Source: Haliotis rubra (Eukaryota). From it: a DNA stretch of 64,000 nt. Location: NCBI RefSeq assembly GCF_003918875.1, contig NW_025767492.1:1-64000 (forward strand), read 5' to 3'. This document shows positions 27,971-41,650 of the stretch, in pieces. Position numbers and translations under genes: made by a program. Under the pieces are notes generated by a model. The model was not told where the DNA came from and ran no database searches. It worked only from the letters and a program-made list of their open reading frames with translations. Every line of letters starts with the position of its first letter. The first letter of the stretch is position 1.

Positions 27971-29252
27971 ATAGGGAATTATACTTCATATGTATTGTCA
28001 TATGGTATGACACACAGGCATCAACTGAACATCTAATAGTGCATTAAAAACCACTAAACATATACTACAATATATAGACACAAAGCAGTCGAGTCAGTTA
28101 TAAGCTCGATCCGACGAAAAAGGTAACAGGAGATAACATTATCAGAAGGGACATAGAACCCTCCAGCTTATAGCTGTCTCCAGTAGTAACTGTGACTATT
28201 GTCGTGGATAGATATGATTCATATAGGTTTTACATATTTTCTGTGAATGAATGTGCATTACACAGTTTCAGCTTGGAAGTCACATTTAAAAGCTTTAGTC
28301 CTGTCTGAAGAAACATCCAGTTTAAATGTTATCAATTGTAAGTGTTGGGGTATTTCTATTTGGCTTTCTGGGGAAATGTTTTTTTTGTGTGTGCGTACAT
28401 GCGTGCGTGCGTGTGTGTGTGTGTGCGTGTGTGTGCTGTTTGGTTCTGGCTTGGTATGTTTTTTTGTTTTGTTTATGTTTTGTATTTGTTTTGTTTTAGT
28501 TGTTTCATAAAAGTGTGTGGTTGGGGTGTGGGTGTCACGTGACGTTATGGGGAAGTTCAAGAACCCCTATCAGAATTGGAATTAACTGAAATGGTCACTG
28601 ACACGACTCGTCATGACATTACATGCTGACCCAATAAAGTAGTACATGGAAGAGATCCACTCAATTCACGGAACAAAATCAGCTGTAATAGCAAGTCCAT
28701 GTACTTCACTTCCAAAATATGGTGCTGGGATGAGATAACATCCTGCTAAGCCTGTCATGAATCATCCACGTTATCACAACAGATATTTACAGATTGGCTG
28801 TGATTAGCTGGCGGATCCGAAAATTATTTCAGTCCTGGAGTTATATAAATATGCAGACCATAGATCCCTCGAAGCACAAGCAGTCAGTTGGGAAATCCGA
28901 CAAATATGGTGCTTGAATTTACATGTAATTATTGACCTGAGTGTATATAACCGCCAATCTGTCCAGCACAATAAGTAGCTGAAAAACCTTTCAATCTTTC
29001 CGGCAGTTTTTATAAATGTTCATCAAATTTGTATCCACATTTTCAAAACACTCGACTTAATAAAAGTCCTCTTCAAAGAGGTTTTTATGTATGCACGTCA
29101 ACTGTAGGATCCGAAGAATGATTCAACCAATGAGAGCAGTGGAGTTATTTATAAGCTTTTCACAGACCCCAGTCGGCGCATGTTCACTGGGACACAAACA
29201 CTGGACAGCTACGTCGCTCTCTCAGTTGCCTCAGTGGTCTTACACAGGGAGG

Positions 29253-30600
29253 ATGAAGGAACGGAACAACTGTTGTTTATTTTGTCGGCTATGTAGGATG
29301 ACTTTTCAGTGGCTAATATGCTGTAGCCAAGCATGTCACCAGGTACGTTGTTGACATACTTATTCAGTCAATGATTGCGTGAAGTGTAATTTGTATGTAC
29401 GTAAATGTAACAAAATGCCCCAATGTCTCTGTTTATTTTGTCTTACTATCCACTCTGAACTATTAATTGATCGTTACACGTAACTACAATAACATAGTAA
29501 GCTTTATGTAACATCAGAATGGAGGATTCTATCATATTTTGTACACACAGAGTCTTCGCTGTTTTACCTCGGATCCGAATATCTTCACGAAGTACACGTC
29601 ACAGGGACACATTTTTAAATCCGGGTTCAGTGAAAAAAAATACCAGCATCACCTATTGTAACACCATCATAACACGTGTATACTTGATCAATCGTTTCCC
29701 CTTATCTGCGTATCGAGCATTTCCAATGCAGGTCATATTGTGCACATCTCGCATCATTTGTATTATGATCAGCAATCTTTACCAAGGTACATAGACATAA
29801 TTACCTCCCTTGCACCACAGGTTCTGAAGGCGACTGATGAGTTGGAAGAGGAGACTACAAGGAAGGACATAACAGATGAAATGCCCTATCGTGGTGTAAG
29901 TTTAGTGTAGAATACAGCACAGAATGTTCCTACCCCATGTACAATTATAATTCTACTGATTGTTATATGTTTAACATGTACATAAGTTTCATTGTAGTGG
30001 ACATACATAGGACATAAACCTTCATCTTTGATAGGAATTATAAGACAACATAACAACTCCAACAATCAGCCAAAGGAAAATAACAGCCCTGAGTGTTATG
30101 AATGACTTAAACGTGATATGTTCACATTTACAATCAGTTGTCACAATCAAACAGTTTCGTATAGTTATTCGCATCTGTTTCAAAACTGCATCATACGAAC
30201 TTAATATGTGCTGAACATTTCATTGCCCTTAATTTTACTTCAAAGCACATTTTCCTTTCTCAAAATGAACATATCATTGTTTCAGGACAAGTGTTCAAGA
30301 GAGGACGACTGGGCCAGTCATCTGACAGAAAAACAACGGATGGCTCCTGTGACGGAGAGAGTTGTGTTGCTGGTGTCGGAGTGCCTGGGTGAAGGTTGGG
30401 AGACGGTCGGACTCCGACTGGGACTGTCCTATGCTTGTGTACAGAGGTGTAAGCTGCCTCACTGTATGCTGGAAAAGTGGAGGATGAAGGAGAGTGGGAA
30501 GGCTACAGTGGACGTGCTGGTGAATGTCCTCCAGGAGAGTGTGTATACCTGTACAGTGGACATGTTTGCTGTAGTCAAATGTTTTCAACACACTACTTAA
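29253..30600 (+). CDS. Death-domain protein family A copy 2, 159 aa (exons 29253-29342, 29821-29895, 30286-30600)
   Basis: MKERNNCCLFCRLCRMTFQWLICCSQACHQ|VLKATDELEEETTRKDITDEMPYRG|DKCSREDDW...LGEGWETVGLRLGLSYACVQRCK..MLEKW..GKAT. All introns are phase 0 with GT/AG sites. Confidence 0.8.
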
Positions 30601-32640
30601 TATTCACAACGTTTATCACCGGTAGGCGCTGCAAACATGAGGACCACATTTGTTCAAGACCATTGACTGTGTCGCATCTGGATGTATGAAGAACATATAC
30701 AATGGAACTTAATTACGTTAGAGATTACTATTACTGATCATCTCCTGTGTTAAGTTATGTCTGAGTTATGAAGTTACTAACCTGTTCCAAACTACCCGTT
30801 GCTGCTATTTGTGTGTATATATACAGATTTTCACTTGGGTTGGTTTCATTTCCAACAACTAATTCATTTAACGTTGGAACTAATTTGGGTTCAGGGCAAA
30901 AGATATTGCATCAGTGCAGTGACCATTGCTGGTGAACATTTGTTACTATGATTTGATATATTTACGGAAACCTTCATTCGAATTAAAGACGTCTCTGAAT
31001 TGTAAAACACTTATGTGACATTTGTCAGCTTACAGACATTTCCGGAAATAAAATGTCATTTCAGAACAGATATTGAGTATTTTGAGTATAAGTGTGCTGT
31101 TGTTTGTTTTGGTTTATATCGTCAATGTCATCGTCAATGGTTTTATGTGTTGATATGAGAGATTTAGATCCGGGACTTCAGCAACCAATGCATGTCGTAA
31201 GAGGCGACTAACGGGATTGTGTGGCCAGGCTCGCTGACTTGGTTGATACATGTCCTTGTATACCAAATGCATAGATGACTCGATTATTCACAGACCACTG
31301 TCATAAAGCTGGCACATCACCGAGCGTAAACAATCAACAAAGAAGCGTTAGTTTGGATCCGATATTTGTGTCTGATCCGAAAAGTCGGTGTAATGTATGG
31401 GTACTCATGCATAGACATAGCATCTAACCCCAGACATACGAGTGCGTAGAGATTTCGCACAGCTGAAAACACTACTTTAATATGACAGAGTGATGACGGG
31501 CAGTACATGATGTCACCCAAAATATACTTCATGGATGCATGTACGTCATTTAGAATGCATACATTATTCGATCTTTTTTTAAAATCATAGATAAAAAATA
31601 AATGTTCTGATCAGCACAATTCACAATTTGTAATCTAAAGTTAATTATGGCATCTACAAAAAATATCTAATTGAGCCAAATGCATTTAACCTGACATATA
31701 CTATATTGTCGAACAAAATATTTTTATACTGAAACGGAAGTGCCCTTGGTCCTCGGATTCGATTAAAACCATAGGACCTGGATTCATGCCAATAGGCAAT
31801 ATGAATTAAAACCGTTTGGTTATTACAAAACATCAGCAGTCGCCGTATATTATCTGAAACATGTTTGTCATTTATGAAACGCACATAAGTGAAATGTTGT
31901 AGAAAAGTGTCAAAAAGCATATTAACCCAAGTTCACTACTCCAGACAAGCGGTTACCAAGATCAACAGTTGGGTTTCTGTAACATGTCGGGGCCATCATC
32001 AAAACGATAACAAAGGATGCCCAGACATTATTTTTATTTCTAAATAATGATCCACTGCATTTCACAAAGACAGCATGTGTTGTATATTACTTTTATATAC
32101 AGAGTATCTGAAACAGCAATAGTTACAAGCAAATATTACCAAAGCGGTTCTTAATCCGAATCTTATGGAAAATATTACCCAAACATTAATTGTGATCATA
32201 ACAACAAAAAAACATTATAATTCCTTAGTACAAATAATGAACTACTGATTTTCATAAACAGAAGCGACAAAACCTTTTCCACATCAATAAGAAATCTCAG
32301 CTAAAAGCAGAGTCGATTATACGATTGTGACTAAATCATGAGTATGTGTAAGCTTCAGCAGAATTCGTGCTGTACGATCTTGTTTGTGAACAATCGAGTC
32401 CGGACCAGACAATCAAGTGATTATCACCATGCGATACGATGACAGCATATGTTTATGCATTAGTATGAAATAGTGATGATACCAGGTGTTTCCTATCCCA
32501 CCCGTTATAAATATATGCAAAGTCTAGTCAATTGTTAACCTGAAAATATTTCGGGAACGTATGGTATAAGTCAAAATAGTGACTTGCATAGGACATCATT
32601 TTTGTCACTGATACGTTGAGTTGAAGTGTGAGTTAGATCA

Positions 32641-33450
32641 TCAGTGCTCCTTTAACACGGCGACGACATCCCACATGTCTGTATTGCACACCTGTAGACT
32701 CTGCTGGAGGATAACCATCAGATTCCCGGCTGTAGCCTCCTGACCTTCCTTCCTCCTCCGCGTGTTCAACATGGCAAAGATCTGCAGCACACAGGTAGAG
32801 TGAGTCATCTTGCACCTCTGTACACACACATAAGTCAGCCCTAGACGGACGCCAACCGCCTCCCAACCTTCCCCTAGGTTCTCCGACACAAGCAGCAATG
32901 TCTTTTCTGTCAGGTATACGTTCTTCTCTTCCTCCGACAACTGATTCCGCCAGTCTGTATTTGAAGGGACAGGCTAGAATATACAGTAAAAGTTCTGATA
33001 AAGTATGATCAACCCAATGTTGCATGTAATTCAGCATTACTACATGAGAAATTTGTATACCTGCTCGGCAAGTGTTACCATAATCAAACAGTAGTGTACA
33101 TAACCATAAACAGTGACACTGTTAATGTGAATGCCTCATTCAATTTACGTTTGATTGTCTTTAAGGTCCTAGGTCCTCGGGTTTTAGGTCCTCCTCGGCA
33201 AGTGCTACCATAATCAAACAGTAGTTGACAAAACCATATACAGTGACACTGTTAATGTGAATCTCTCATTCAATTTACCAATTTACCACTTGGCCAAGTC
33301 TTCAGTTGTGTTTGGTGTGTTTACAGTGTACTTTTATGAATAACCACACCAAATATACATACATTAAGTTGTTAGATTAATTAATAAAGCCAATTATCCT
33401 ACCTTGTAAATTCTTCTGAAACAACAGCAAATAGCCCCCTTCGTTTGCAT
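32641..33450 (-). CDS. Death-domain protein family C copy 1, 126 aa (exons 33450-33403, 32973-32641)
   Basis: MQTKGAICCCFRRIYK|PVPSNTDWRNQLSEEEKNVYLTEKTLLLVSENLGEGWEAVGVRLGL.. with donor AAG|GTAGGA and acceptor TTCTAG|. The conserved helix-4 Trp is replaced by Arg. Confidence 0.75.
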
Positions 33451-34729
33451 GTCGGAGAACCGTCCTGTCCCAGGGAGGAAACACTTTATACGATGATTAC
33501 CTACTGGCCACTTTTCAGCGCCTGCACGTTTTGAGATACTGACTGCTAGTGACGAGCATTTAACAGTCCCCGAAGAAGCATGCTGTATTAATAGATCCAA
33601 ATCATTGCGACGCACGGAAGTTCAAAACCTTTCAATGGATCCGAAATGTGCTGCTTCAGATATGCTTGTTAAACCATTGTGTCAACAACGAACCTAATGG
33701 CTGTCATTATCAAAACCATCCAATCATTTCCAACTTATAGTATAAATTACCAGCAGATTACCAGATGAAACTGTGTAACGATCCGAAAACACAGACACAC
33801 TGATATGCTATCTTGTGTTAACGAGCATTAACTTACACGGATCTGAACTTTAACCATATTATGTATACACCTCGTAAAGTATTAATGTTCATTGTTGTGA
33901 TACAATATATACACGTCATACAGATATGAATGATCCTCAGAGATTAATAGGGCTGGCTAAAATGATCGATAATCGGAAATATGGTAGAACTTTTTCAGTT
34001 TTAACAAATGACTTAAATCATGGTCTGCTTCTAAATTATGTTCAGAGTGATGTTTTGTTAATGATCCATGCCAAAACATGTCACCACTCACTAGCGAAGA
34101 GAAATAGTCATTTCTGGCATTTTTGCTCAAAATTCCGATATTATCGATCGATATTTAGTTAACGATTACCAATCTCTATGATCTAAATCAAGAGCCAGTT
34201 CTACACCTTAATATATACGTTTTCAACACTATTTAGCCTGGTACGTCCTTTGGAACCTGTTTGACAGCTAATCAGAAATGATTATTATCTGGTTTTATGT
34301 TTATCATCATATTTACACCTAAATGATATGCTGATATATCACCTCTTTGCGAACACATGGTGCTATCTCTATTTGATAGTGATTCATAAACACATGCTGG
34401 TGATGTAGTTGAAACCATACAAGTGACTCTGCACTTGACAGGTTTCTGGGGGATGTGGAAAGCTTTTTGTCGGAATCCAACTAGGAATATAAGTTATGAA
34501 AATTGGAGACATCATATTTTGTCTTCAGACTTGCTGACTTGCTTGACAGAGGTCCCTGAACCCCACGGTGTTGGTGATCAAGTGATCAACAGCATGAGTA
34601 TCGATCTGCGCAATTGGGAAGTGATGACATGTGTCAACCAAGTCAGCGAGCCTGACCACCCTATCCCGTTGGTCGTCTATAACGACAAGCCTGAGTTACG
34701 GAAGATCAATATTGTTTGTCAACAACAAA

Positions 34730-35210
34730 GTAATGTCTAGTTTGGATCTGATATTTGTAGCGGATCCGAAAAATCAGTGTGTAACATTTGGGCACGCACG
34801 TTATGCACGTTACGTCAGTTATCTTCGTAGAAGGCATGACATGGTTAGTGAAATGATTCATACACTTAATGATACATGAATCATTTGAACGTTCCTGAAA
34901 CAAATGTATTTCTAACCATTTATTTTCAAGTCAAGCCGTTAAACGTATCACTTAATCCACACAGCAACAGATGAGGCCAGGTGTGTCAAAACAGCTCAAA
35001 CCCGGAAGTATTACCCTTTTTATTTCAATAAACTATAGAAACATATATGTTTATGTATTCATTGTATTAAGTTATAATTGTTATTGTGATATTGCTCGAT
35101 TTATTACATAGAATCATAGAAAGTCACAAACATCTATGCGATCACAGCATTCTCTACAAAAAGAGTGGTACTATTATATCTATGGTAGAATTTCTGTTGT
35201 GACGAATAAA
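34730..35210 (+). pseudogene. Family-B relic: upstream flank and intron kept, both exons deleted
   Basis: 35040-35183 matches the B intron (25271-25415). It is joined directly to upstream flank and to sequence lying 3' of the B stop codon. Confidence 0.7.
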
Positions 35211-35699
35211 AAACGCCCGTGTAAGATATATTTTTTAGAGAATTGTGTCAGGTCAACATTTTACGATACCGGCCATAAGAAGAGACCAGAAAACACTCTA
35301 CGTTTTTAGAAACGTTGTTGTTCCTCCATCAAAAGATTGTGATCCTTTGTGTGTCCCTGTCAGTGTCTATCTGTATCTAGCTTGTGCAGCTGTGTCATGG
35401 GCATCTCCCTGCTGCTGAAGCTGAAATATTACACACTGGAGATACGCCTGCTAACTGTTGACCTCTCGTTGTGTATTACAGTTAATCACTGTAATGACGA
35501 TCCGAACATTCTGACAATATGTCAGTGACAGGTTTTATGCTCGTCATCGATAAATCAGTCATGGTCACGACTGGGGACATAAGGGATCAGCTCTAAACAG
35601 TGTCCCTAGTTGAGGTCATAGCTGCATTATGTGTACGTAACCTTTAAGCGCACAGAGCATTTATTAGTGAATGATGCGCTATATAAATGCCATTATTAT

Positions 35700-38600
35700 G
35701 TTTTACAGATTAAAGATAGTATGCAGCAGAGAGGGTTCGGGTGATCCTGGCACAGTCAGGCTGGTAAGGCTCATCATCAGCTCAGGGCCCTTGCCCCCTC
35801 TACACGCAGCCCAGACAGCGAATGGGACTTCTCCCAGGAAACACTGCCTAGTCGAACCCACCAAGAACTTTCCGGAGAATATGAAGGCTCCCCAACACTG
35901 CAGCCTTCTGCATTACCCAGAGTGTCAGAAGGGCTGTGCTCCCGGTGGAGAACCCGGGAACTCTCCGGATCTGCGCCAAGAGATCAGGAGGTACCAAACC
36001 AAGGGCACCAAGAACAATGGGGAGCCTGACGACGGTGTACTTTGGGTGCAAGCGAGACATTTCAAAGGCGAGGTCTGCATATTTATCATGCTTTTCCTGA
36101 ATCTTGCCAATCACATTGGTGTCAAAAGGGACAGAAAACTCAATGATATATATAAATTCATTGGCTTTATCAAAAAGGACAAGATCAGGTTTGTTGGCTG
36201 GAATTCTTCTGAGGCTGTATATGGGCCTATTCCACAGAAGTTTGAAAGCATCATTTTCCATGACACCCTGGACATGTTCAGGGTCGTACCACGGATGGAC
36301 CTCGGAGTCAAAGCCACAGGCATGTCAGAGACGGTAGTAAAAGCAACGAGCCATGCCATCATGTCGTTTAAGATATGCTGTTTGTGCCAAGGAAGGGCAT
36401 CCACTGACAAGGTGTTGGACAGTCTCTGTGAATTCATTGCAAAGTCGACATTTCATGTTGATATTTTCTTTAAGAATCACATTTAGGCGATTGCGAGTGG
36501 GAAGTGACTGCTCCTGAGCAGCAAAAAAGAAGCCCTCAGTTTCACATTTAAGACCAGCCGACTTCATCCAGGCGAAAGAGTCGGTGGGATTTCTATTCTG
36601 TTCAACACACTGCATGTACACACGATGCAATGGTTTCTCAGAAAGCTTCTCCACAAAAGACCGACTCTGGGCAGACTTGGTGAAGGACTTCACCTGGTTT
36701 ACTCCCATCACTGTACCGTCCAGCAGTACATCGCCATCAACAAAATCAACCTCAAATCTCAGATTCTGTCCAACAACCTTGGCACGCTTAAAATAGCTCT
36801 GGAATTCCTTGCTTTCATCATGAGTCTTCACATGCATCACCAGAGGATCATCCGATAAATAAATATGTGCAAGAGTACACAATAAAATTCTATCATGAAG
36901 AGCCTCCACATTAATCAAACCCCGACCTCCAGAATTGATTGGCATGTATAAACGGTTAAGAGAGGAACGAGGGTGGTGGGCTCTATTATCAGACATGATC
37001 CTTCTGGTCAGACGGTCAAGACTCTGGATGTCTTGTTTTGTCCAATCAACTACTCCAAAGGAATAAGAAAGGACTGGCACAGCAAAAGTATTGGTGGCCT
37101 TGACCTTGTTTCGATCATTTAGCTCTGAGCTCCAGATTTTCTTTAAACGAGATTTGTACTCAGCCCGAAGTTTGTCTTGAATCTGGGCATTCTGGAGCTT
37201 ATCTCGACCTTGCATTCCAAGATAGGTGTAGGCCTGATCTTCCACAAGATGCTCAATAACTCCTCCCCCTTGTAACTTGACCGATCCGTCATTAGTTACC
37301 TTGCCCTCGTTTCAAATGAAGAGTATTACATTTGTCGAGTCCAAATGTCATGCCAATAATCATTAGAAAAGGACTCGACAAGGAGAACCTGCTCTTTCAA
37401 ATTGGAATCTCCTTTGGCAAGGAGCTCGATGTCATCCATGTAAAGGAGATGAGTAAGCGGTGTTAGGGATCTGTGCTGAGGAGGTCCGGGATGGTAACCC
37501 TCCTCTTTATTGAGCAGAAAGGTCAAAGGATTTAAAGACAGACAAAAAAGCAAAGGACTAAAGGAATCCCCCTGAAATATCCCCCTTCTGATTGGAATAG
37601 ATTCCGAAGTCTGCACCTGCCCTTGCGAGTACATCTCAAGTTGAGTCGACCAGCAACTCATTAAAGACTTGAGTAAATCAAGTAGTCGCTCAGGGACGTC
37701 AATACAATGAAGAGACTTTAGAATCCATTCGTGAGGGACAGAGTCGTATGCTTTTTTGTAGTCAATCCAGCACATGGAGAGGTTGCGGTGATATGTTTTA
37801 GCCTCTTCCAAAATCATTTTCTGTACAAGAAGTTGATCCTTGCACCCCCAACATCCCTTTCTTGCTCCCTTCTGCTCTCTGTAAATTATATCATTTAAAG
37901 AGCAGTAAGATGACACGAGGTTTGTCAAACACCCTGTGAATATTTTGTATTGTGTATTCAAACATGTGATAGGGCGGAAGTTTTTGGGATCAGTCAAGTC
38001 TCCTTTCTTGGGGAGAAGTATTGTGCGACCTTTGCAGAACCATGGAGGAACATCACCTGTGTCCACAAGAGTACTGAAACAGTGTAGTAATGGTGTTTGG
38101 ACACAGGGGAACAGTTTCCAATAACGGTTTCGAATGCCATCAGGCCCTGGAGCTGTATTATATTTGAACTTTTTTATAACACTTTTCAGGCAAACTGGTG
38201 AGATGTAACAGACAAACGACCTAGTTACTTTCTCATGCATTGCATGGCCATAATCACGGACCCATGGTGCTTCCAGGTTACAGTTGCCGGGTATAGACCA
38301 CAACTGTTTCCAGAACCTTTCATTGGCATCCATGGGAGGCCGTTTGTCATGTTCACCATCACCCTTTGTTTTCAGTTGCCTGTAGAAGTGCTTTTCATTG
38401 TTTCTAAAAAGTTTATTTTGTTTGATGAATTTATTTTTCTTTTCCCATTTTTTCTTTCTTTCAGTCCAAACCTTTATTCTTGCCTTCAGGGAATCGACAA
38501 TTTGGAGAAGTATCTTTTCTTTCGTTGTTTTGAATTTCAGTTTTAATTTTCTCCAAATTGCCTTTTGTCGTTTAGACATTGGATTCCCTGATGATCTTAA

Positions 38601-39564
38601 CTTCAGGCAAAGCTCTATCCAGGAAATGTATTTTCTAGTTTCTGTTAGTTTCACTTGAAACCGGTTTTTCTTTGGTGTATTGTTCTTAGTATTGGCTGTG
38701 TTTTCTTTGGAAACTGTGAAGTTCCTCCAAGGTTCGAGCGGCAGCATAGACACAACAATTAACTTCATGTAATGAACAGTCCGATGAAAGTTTCATAGAA
38801 ATAATGTCATTTAATAAATTAATTTCATTTTTGGGAAAAGATTCTGTTATTTGTTTAATTGGCCTCCGTTTTTCTAAAGGTAAATCAGATATTTCGTCAT
38901 AAATAGAATGAAACAAAATATACACAGGATGTTCGGAAAGATCTGCAACTGAGGAAGAAGAAGAGTGAGGATCCAAAATTTCGGGACCAACTGGCTCCGT
39001 GCCGGAAGAGTTTCCATCAGGAAGAGGAGAGAGGTTAACATGGACGTCCATCAGAAGTTTTGGGTCTGCTGCCACTTGAGCATTCTGCTCATGCAAAGGT
39101 TCCTGACGGGCACCAGTTATGGGCTGAACTGGCTCACGGGGCATGAGATTTTAAGCCGCCGGAATTGATCTCGGAGATTTTGCTCCGTCAGGAAAGCATA
39201 CATGGGCATGGCATTGTCCCAATGCAGCTTAAGCGACTTGCCGTTTATTCGTGGATTTGCAGGCCATCCTGTCGCTCTTGCACACTCTAGTAGTGTGGTT
39301 TTCAGATGGTTTGACCAAGATATTCTTGATCGGGTGCTGTGCCTTCCCCTGGGGCAAGTCCCATCTCCAGTAAGGTTGGTTTGACTACCGGAGGAAGGCT
39401 GACCGGGCTGCGGAGTTGAATGATGATATTCTCCTTGGCTTTCGGTAACCCAGTGTAAAACCAGCTTCGGGGGGGTCAGCCCTAGCTGGGTGATGTACGT
39501 TTAGTTCAGGGAATAAAATTCCCCTATCTAGGCCCACCACGGAGAGGCGTACATCATCAGGCCC
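35700..39564 (-). mobile_element. Full-length RLE-type non-LTR retrotransposon (R4/Dong-like), frameshifted
   Basis: RT (PGPDG, IDYKKAYDSV, GIFQGDSFSP, YMDD), CCHC finger (CRLC..ETVQHLVSGC) and restriction-like endonuclease (KPDLV..IIEFSVPFD). TSD CCATTATTAT at 35690-35699 and 39565-39574. Empty site at about 46130. Confidence 0.92.
39491..39564 (-). ncRNA. HDV-like self-cleaving ribozyme at the retrotransposon 5' end
   Basis: Folds by eye as P1 GGGCCU/GGGCCU (G1-U wobble), P2 UGAUGUAC/GUACAUCA, P3 GCC/GGU, L3 UCUCCGU, P1.1 CU/AG, a P4 hairpin and J4/2 ACUAA. G1 equals the TSD-defined element end. Confidence 0.75.
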
Positions 39565-39566
39565 CC

Positions 39567-39604
39567 ATTATTATTATTATTATTATTATTAATATTATTA
39601 TTAT
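39567..39604. repeat. (TTA)n microsatellite, tail of a short LINE 3'-end fragment (about 35645-35699)
   Basis: Uninterrupted paralog at 46085-46165: TAAGCGCACAGAGC..GCGCTATATAAATGCC(ATT)n. Confidence 0.8.
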
Positions 39605-41650
39605 GTAAGTGTTATGCTGCTATATGGCTTACATATATCATTATACCTTAACGTTACGTTAAGTAAAACACCGTGTCCAATGGGTATTTTGTTCTAGAAA
39701 ATATAAGAAAGGTAATTAAAGGTGTTTAAACAAACATGTCGTAGTTGCTATCCTATCGGTAGCTTTTATCAGTTGCTTCAGACTCTTGATGTTAATAATC
39801 CGAGAATTGGAATCGAATCTGTTAATGCATTGCCAGTTACGTAAAATATATCCTTTTCTCATGGATGTTATGTAAACTGACAGGGTAAAGGGTGTTATAG
39901 TCATATCTGTTTAGTACACATTATGAAAATGTTTTGCTTATATATCATGGCGCCTCTAGACGACGCATCCTTGATGTATTATTTGTAAAGTGGTGGTCAC
40001 GGGGCCATAAAGATGAAGCCGAGATTCTCGATGCCTTTAATGTTCCTTTTCCGTTTTTTAATGACATTCTTAGTCCTATTTTGTATCGTTGTGATTCCAT
40101 TCCATGCCAATCCACTGAACCATGATCCGCGATGAACCTTGTTCGATGTACTGTGTGTAAAGTCATGTAATTAAACAGCTGAATCAAATCGAATGGTGTC
40201 TTCTATTCAAGACAGGAGTCATTGTTTTATAAACATATATTGTCTGCAAACTATTGGTTAGATTCGTGAACGCTGAAAGAAGCATTTTCATGAACAGTTG
40301 GCTGTCTTGACAAACAAGTCATCCAGCACAAAGATTTACACGATCCGAAACTACATCAGATCTCATGACACGTCACTCGATCTTAGATCCGAAGTTTGCG
40401 AATCTGGGTTTTCCCACAGCTCAAACTGACGGCTGTTGCAAGTCCGACAATTGCAACCAGTCCATGAGCCGCAAATTAATTATACCACAGAATATGTTGA
40501 TTGGAACAAGCAAAGTAGTTGGTGATATGTCCTGATCTATGCTGTCCTCATGTTCGTCATTCACCAGTTCGGACTGATTCAAGTTTTGTAGTACTGGCCT
40601 ACTTAGACACCATGCCACAGTGTAACATGGTCACACCAGCCACACACAGTATACCAACAAGTGTTTATTAACTACATGCACAGCGTCAGCAGAGTAACAA
40701 CAAGAGCCGTCTTACATTGTATTTCTATGTGTAGCAGATGAGGATCGAACCACTGACCATCGACTCTCCGGGAAGACGCCCTGTCCACTACACCATGAAG
40801 GCAGACATGTACAGCGGCATGAGGGAAAATATAGTATATAGGGAACTATACTTCACATGTATTGTCATATGAATTATGCCACAGAGACATCAACTGAATA
40901 TATATCTAATAGTACATTAAAATCCACAAAACAAATACTACAATATATAGACACAAAGCAGTCGAGTCATTTAAAAGCACGACAAATAAGGTGACATTAT
41001 ATGAGGAAATTACATTATCATAAGTGACAAAGAACCCTCCAGCCCATAGCTGTCTCCAGTAGCAACTGTAACTGTTGTCGTGGATAGATATGATGCATAC
41101 AGGTTTTATACATTTTTCTGTCAATGAATATGCATTACACAGCTTCAGCGTGGTTCGGTTATTCTTTTGCTTCGTGGGGGGAGAGGTGGGTGAGGGTTGT
41201 TGTTTTATTTCTTTGTTTCTCTTGTTTTATACATGTGTGTGATTGGGGTGTGGATGTCATGGGACGTTATGATGTAGTTCAAGAGCTCCCATCAGAATAG
41301 GAAGAAATGTTCACTAACACGGTTTGTCTTGAGATTATATGTTGACAACATGAAAGTAGTAAATGGAACAGATCCACTCACTTCACGAAACCAAATCAAC
41401 TGTAGTAGCATGTCCATGAACTTTCTGGCTTACACATCACTGCCCAAGTATGGTGCTGGGACAAGAACCATCAACCATACGCGCTATCACAACAGATATT
41501 TACAGAGTAACTGTGATTAACCAGCGGATCCGAAGTTTATTTCAGCCCTGGAGTTGTATACATGCAGTTCAAAGACTTGTCGAAGCACAATCAGTCAGTT
41601 GGGAAATCCGACAAATATGGTGCTTGTAATTAAATTCAGTTATTGACCTG

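Noticed and set aside
28247-28560. Cys/Val- or His/Thr-rich ORFs
   Set aside because: They are translations of a (GT/GCGT)n microsatellite and T-rich low-complexity DNA.
31165-31175. GATCCGA motif derived from the SINE head (GATCCGGG)
   Set aside because: The 3' base differs, most motif sites lack SINE flanks, and the SINEs lie in both orientations while the motif is one-stranded.
35735-35790. Hammerhead ribozyme (CUGAUGA on the minus strand of the LINE 3' UTR)
   Set aside because: I found no correctly placed GAAA core or stems.
35671-36486. 271-aa + strand ORF
   Set aside because: It is the antisense shadow of the retrotransposon endonuclease region and has no recognisable motifs.
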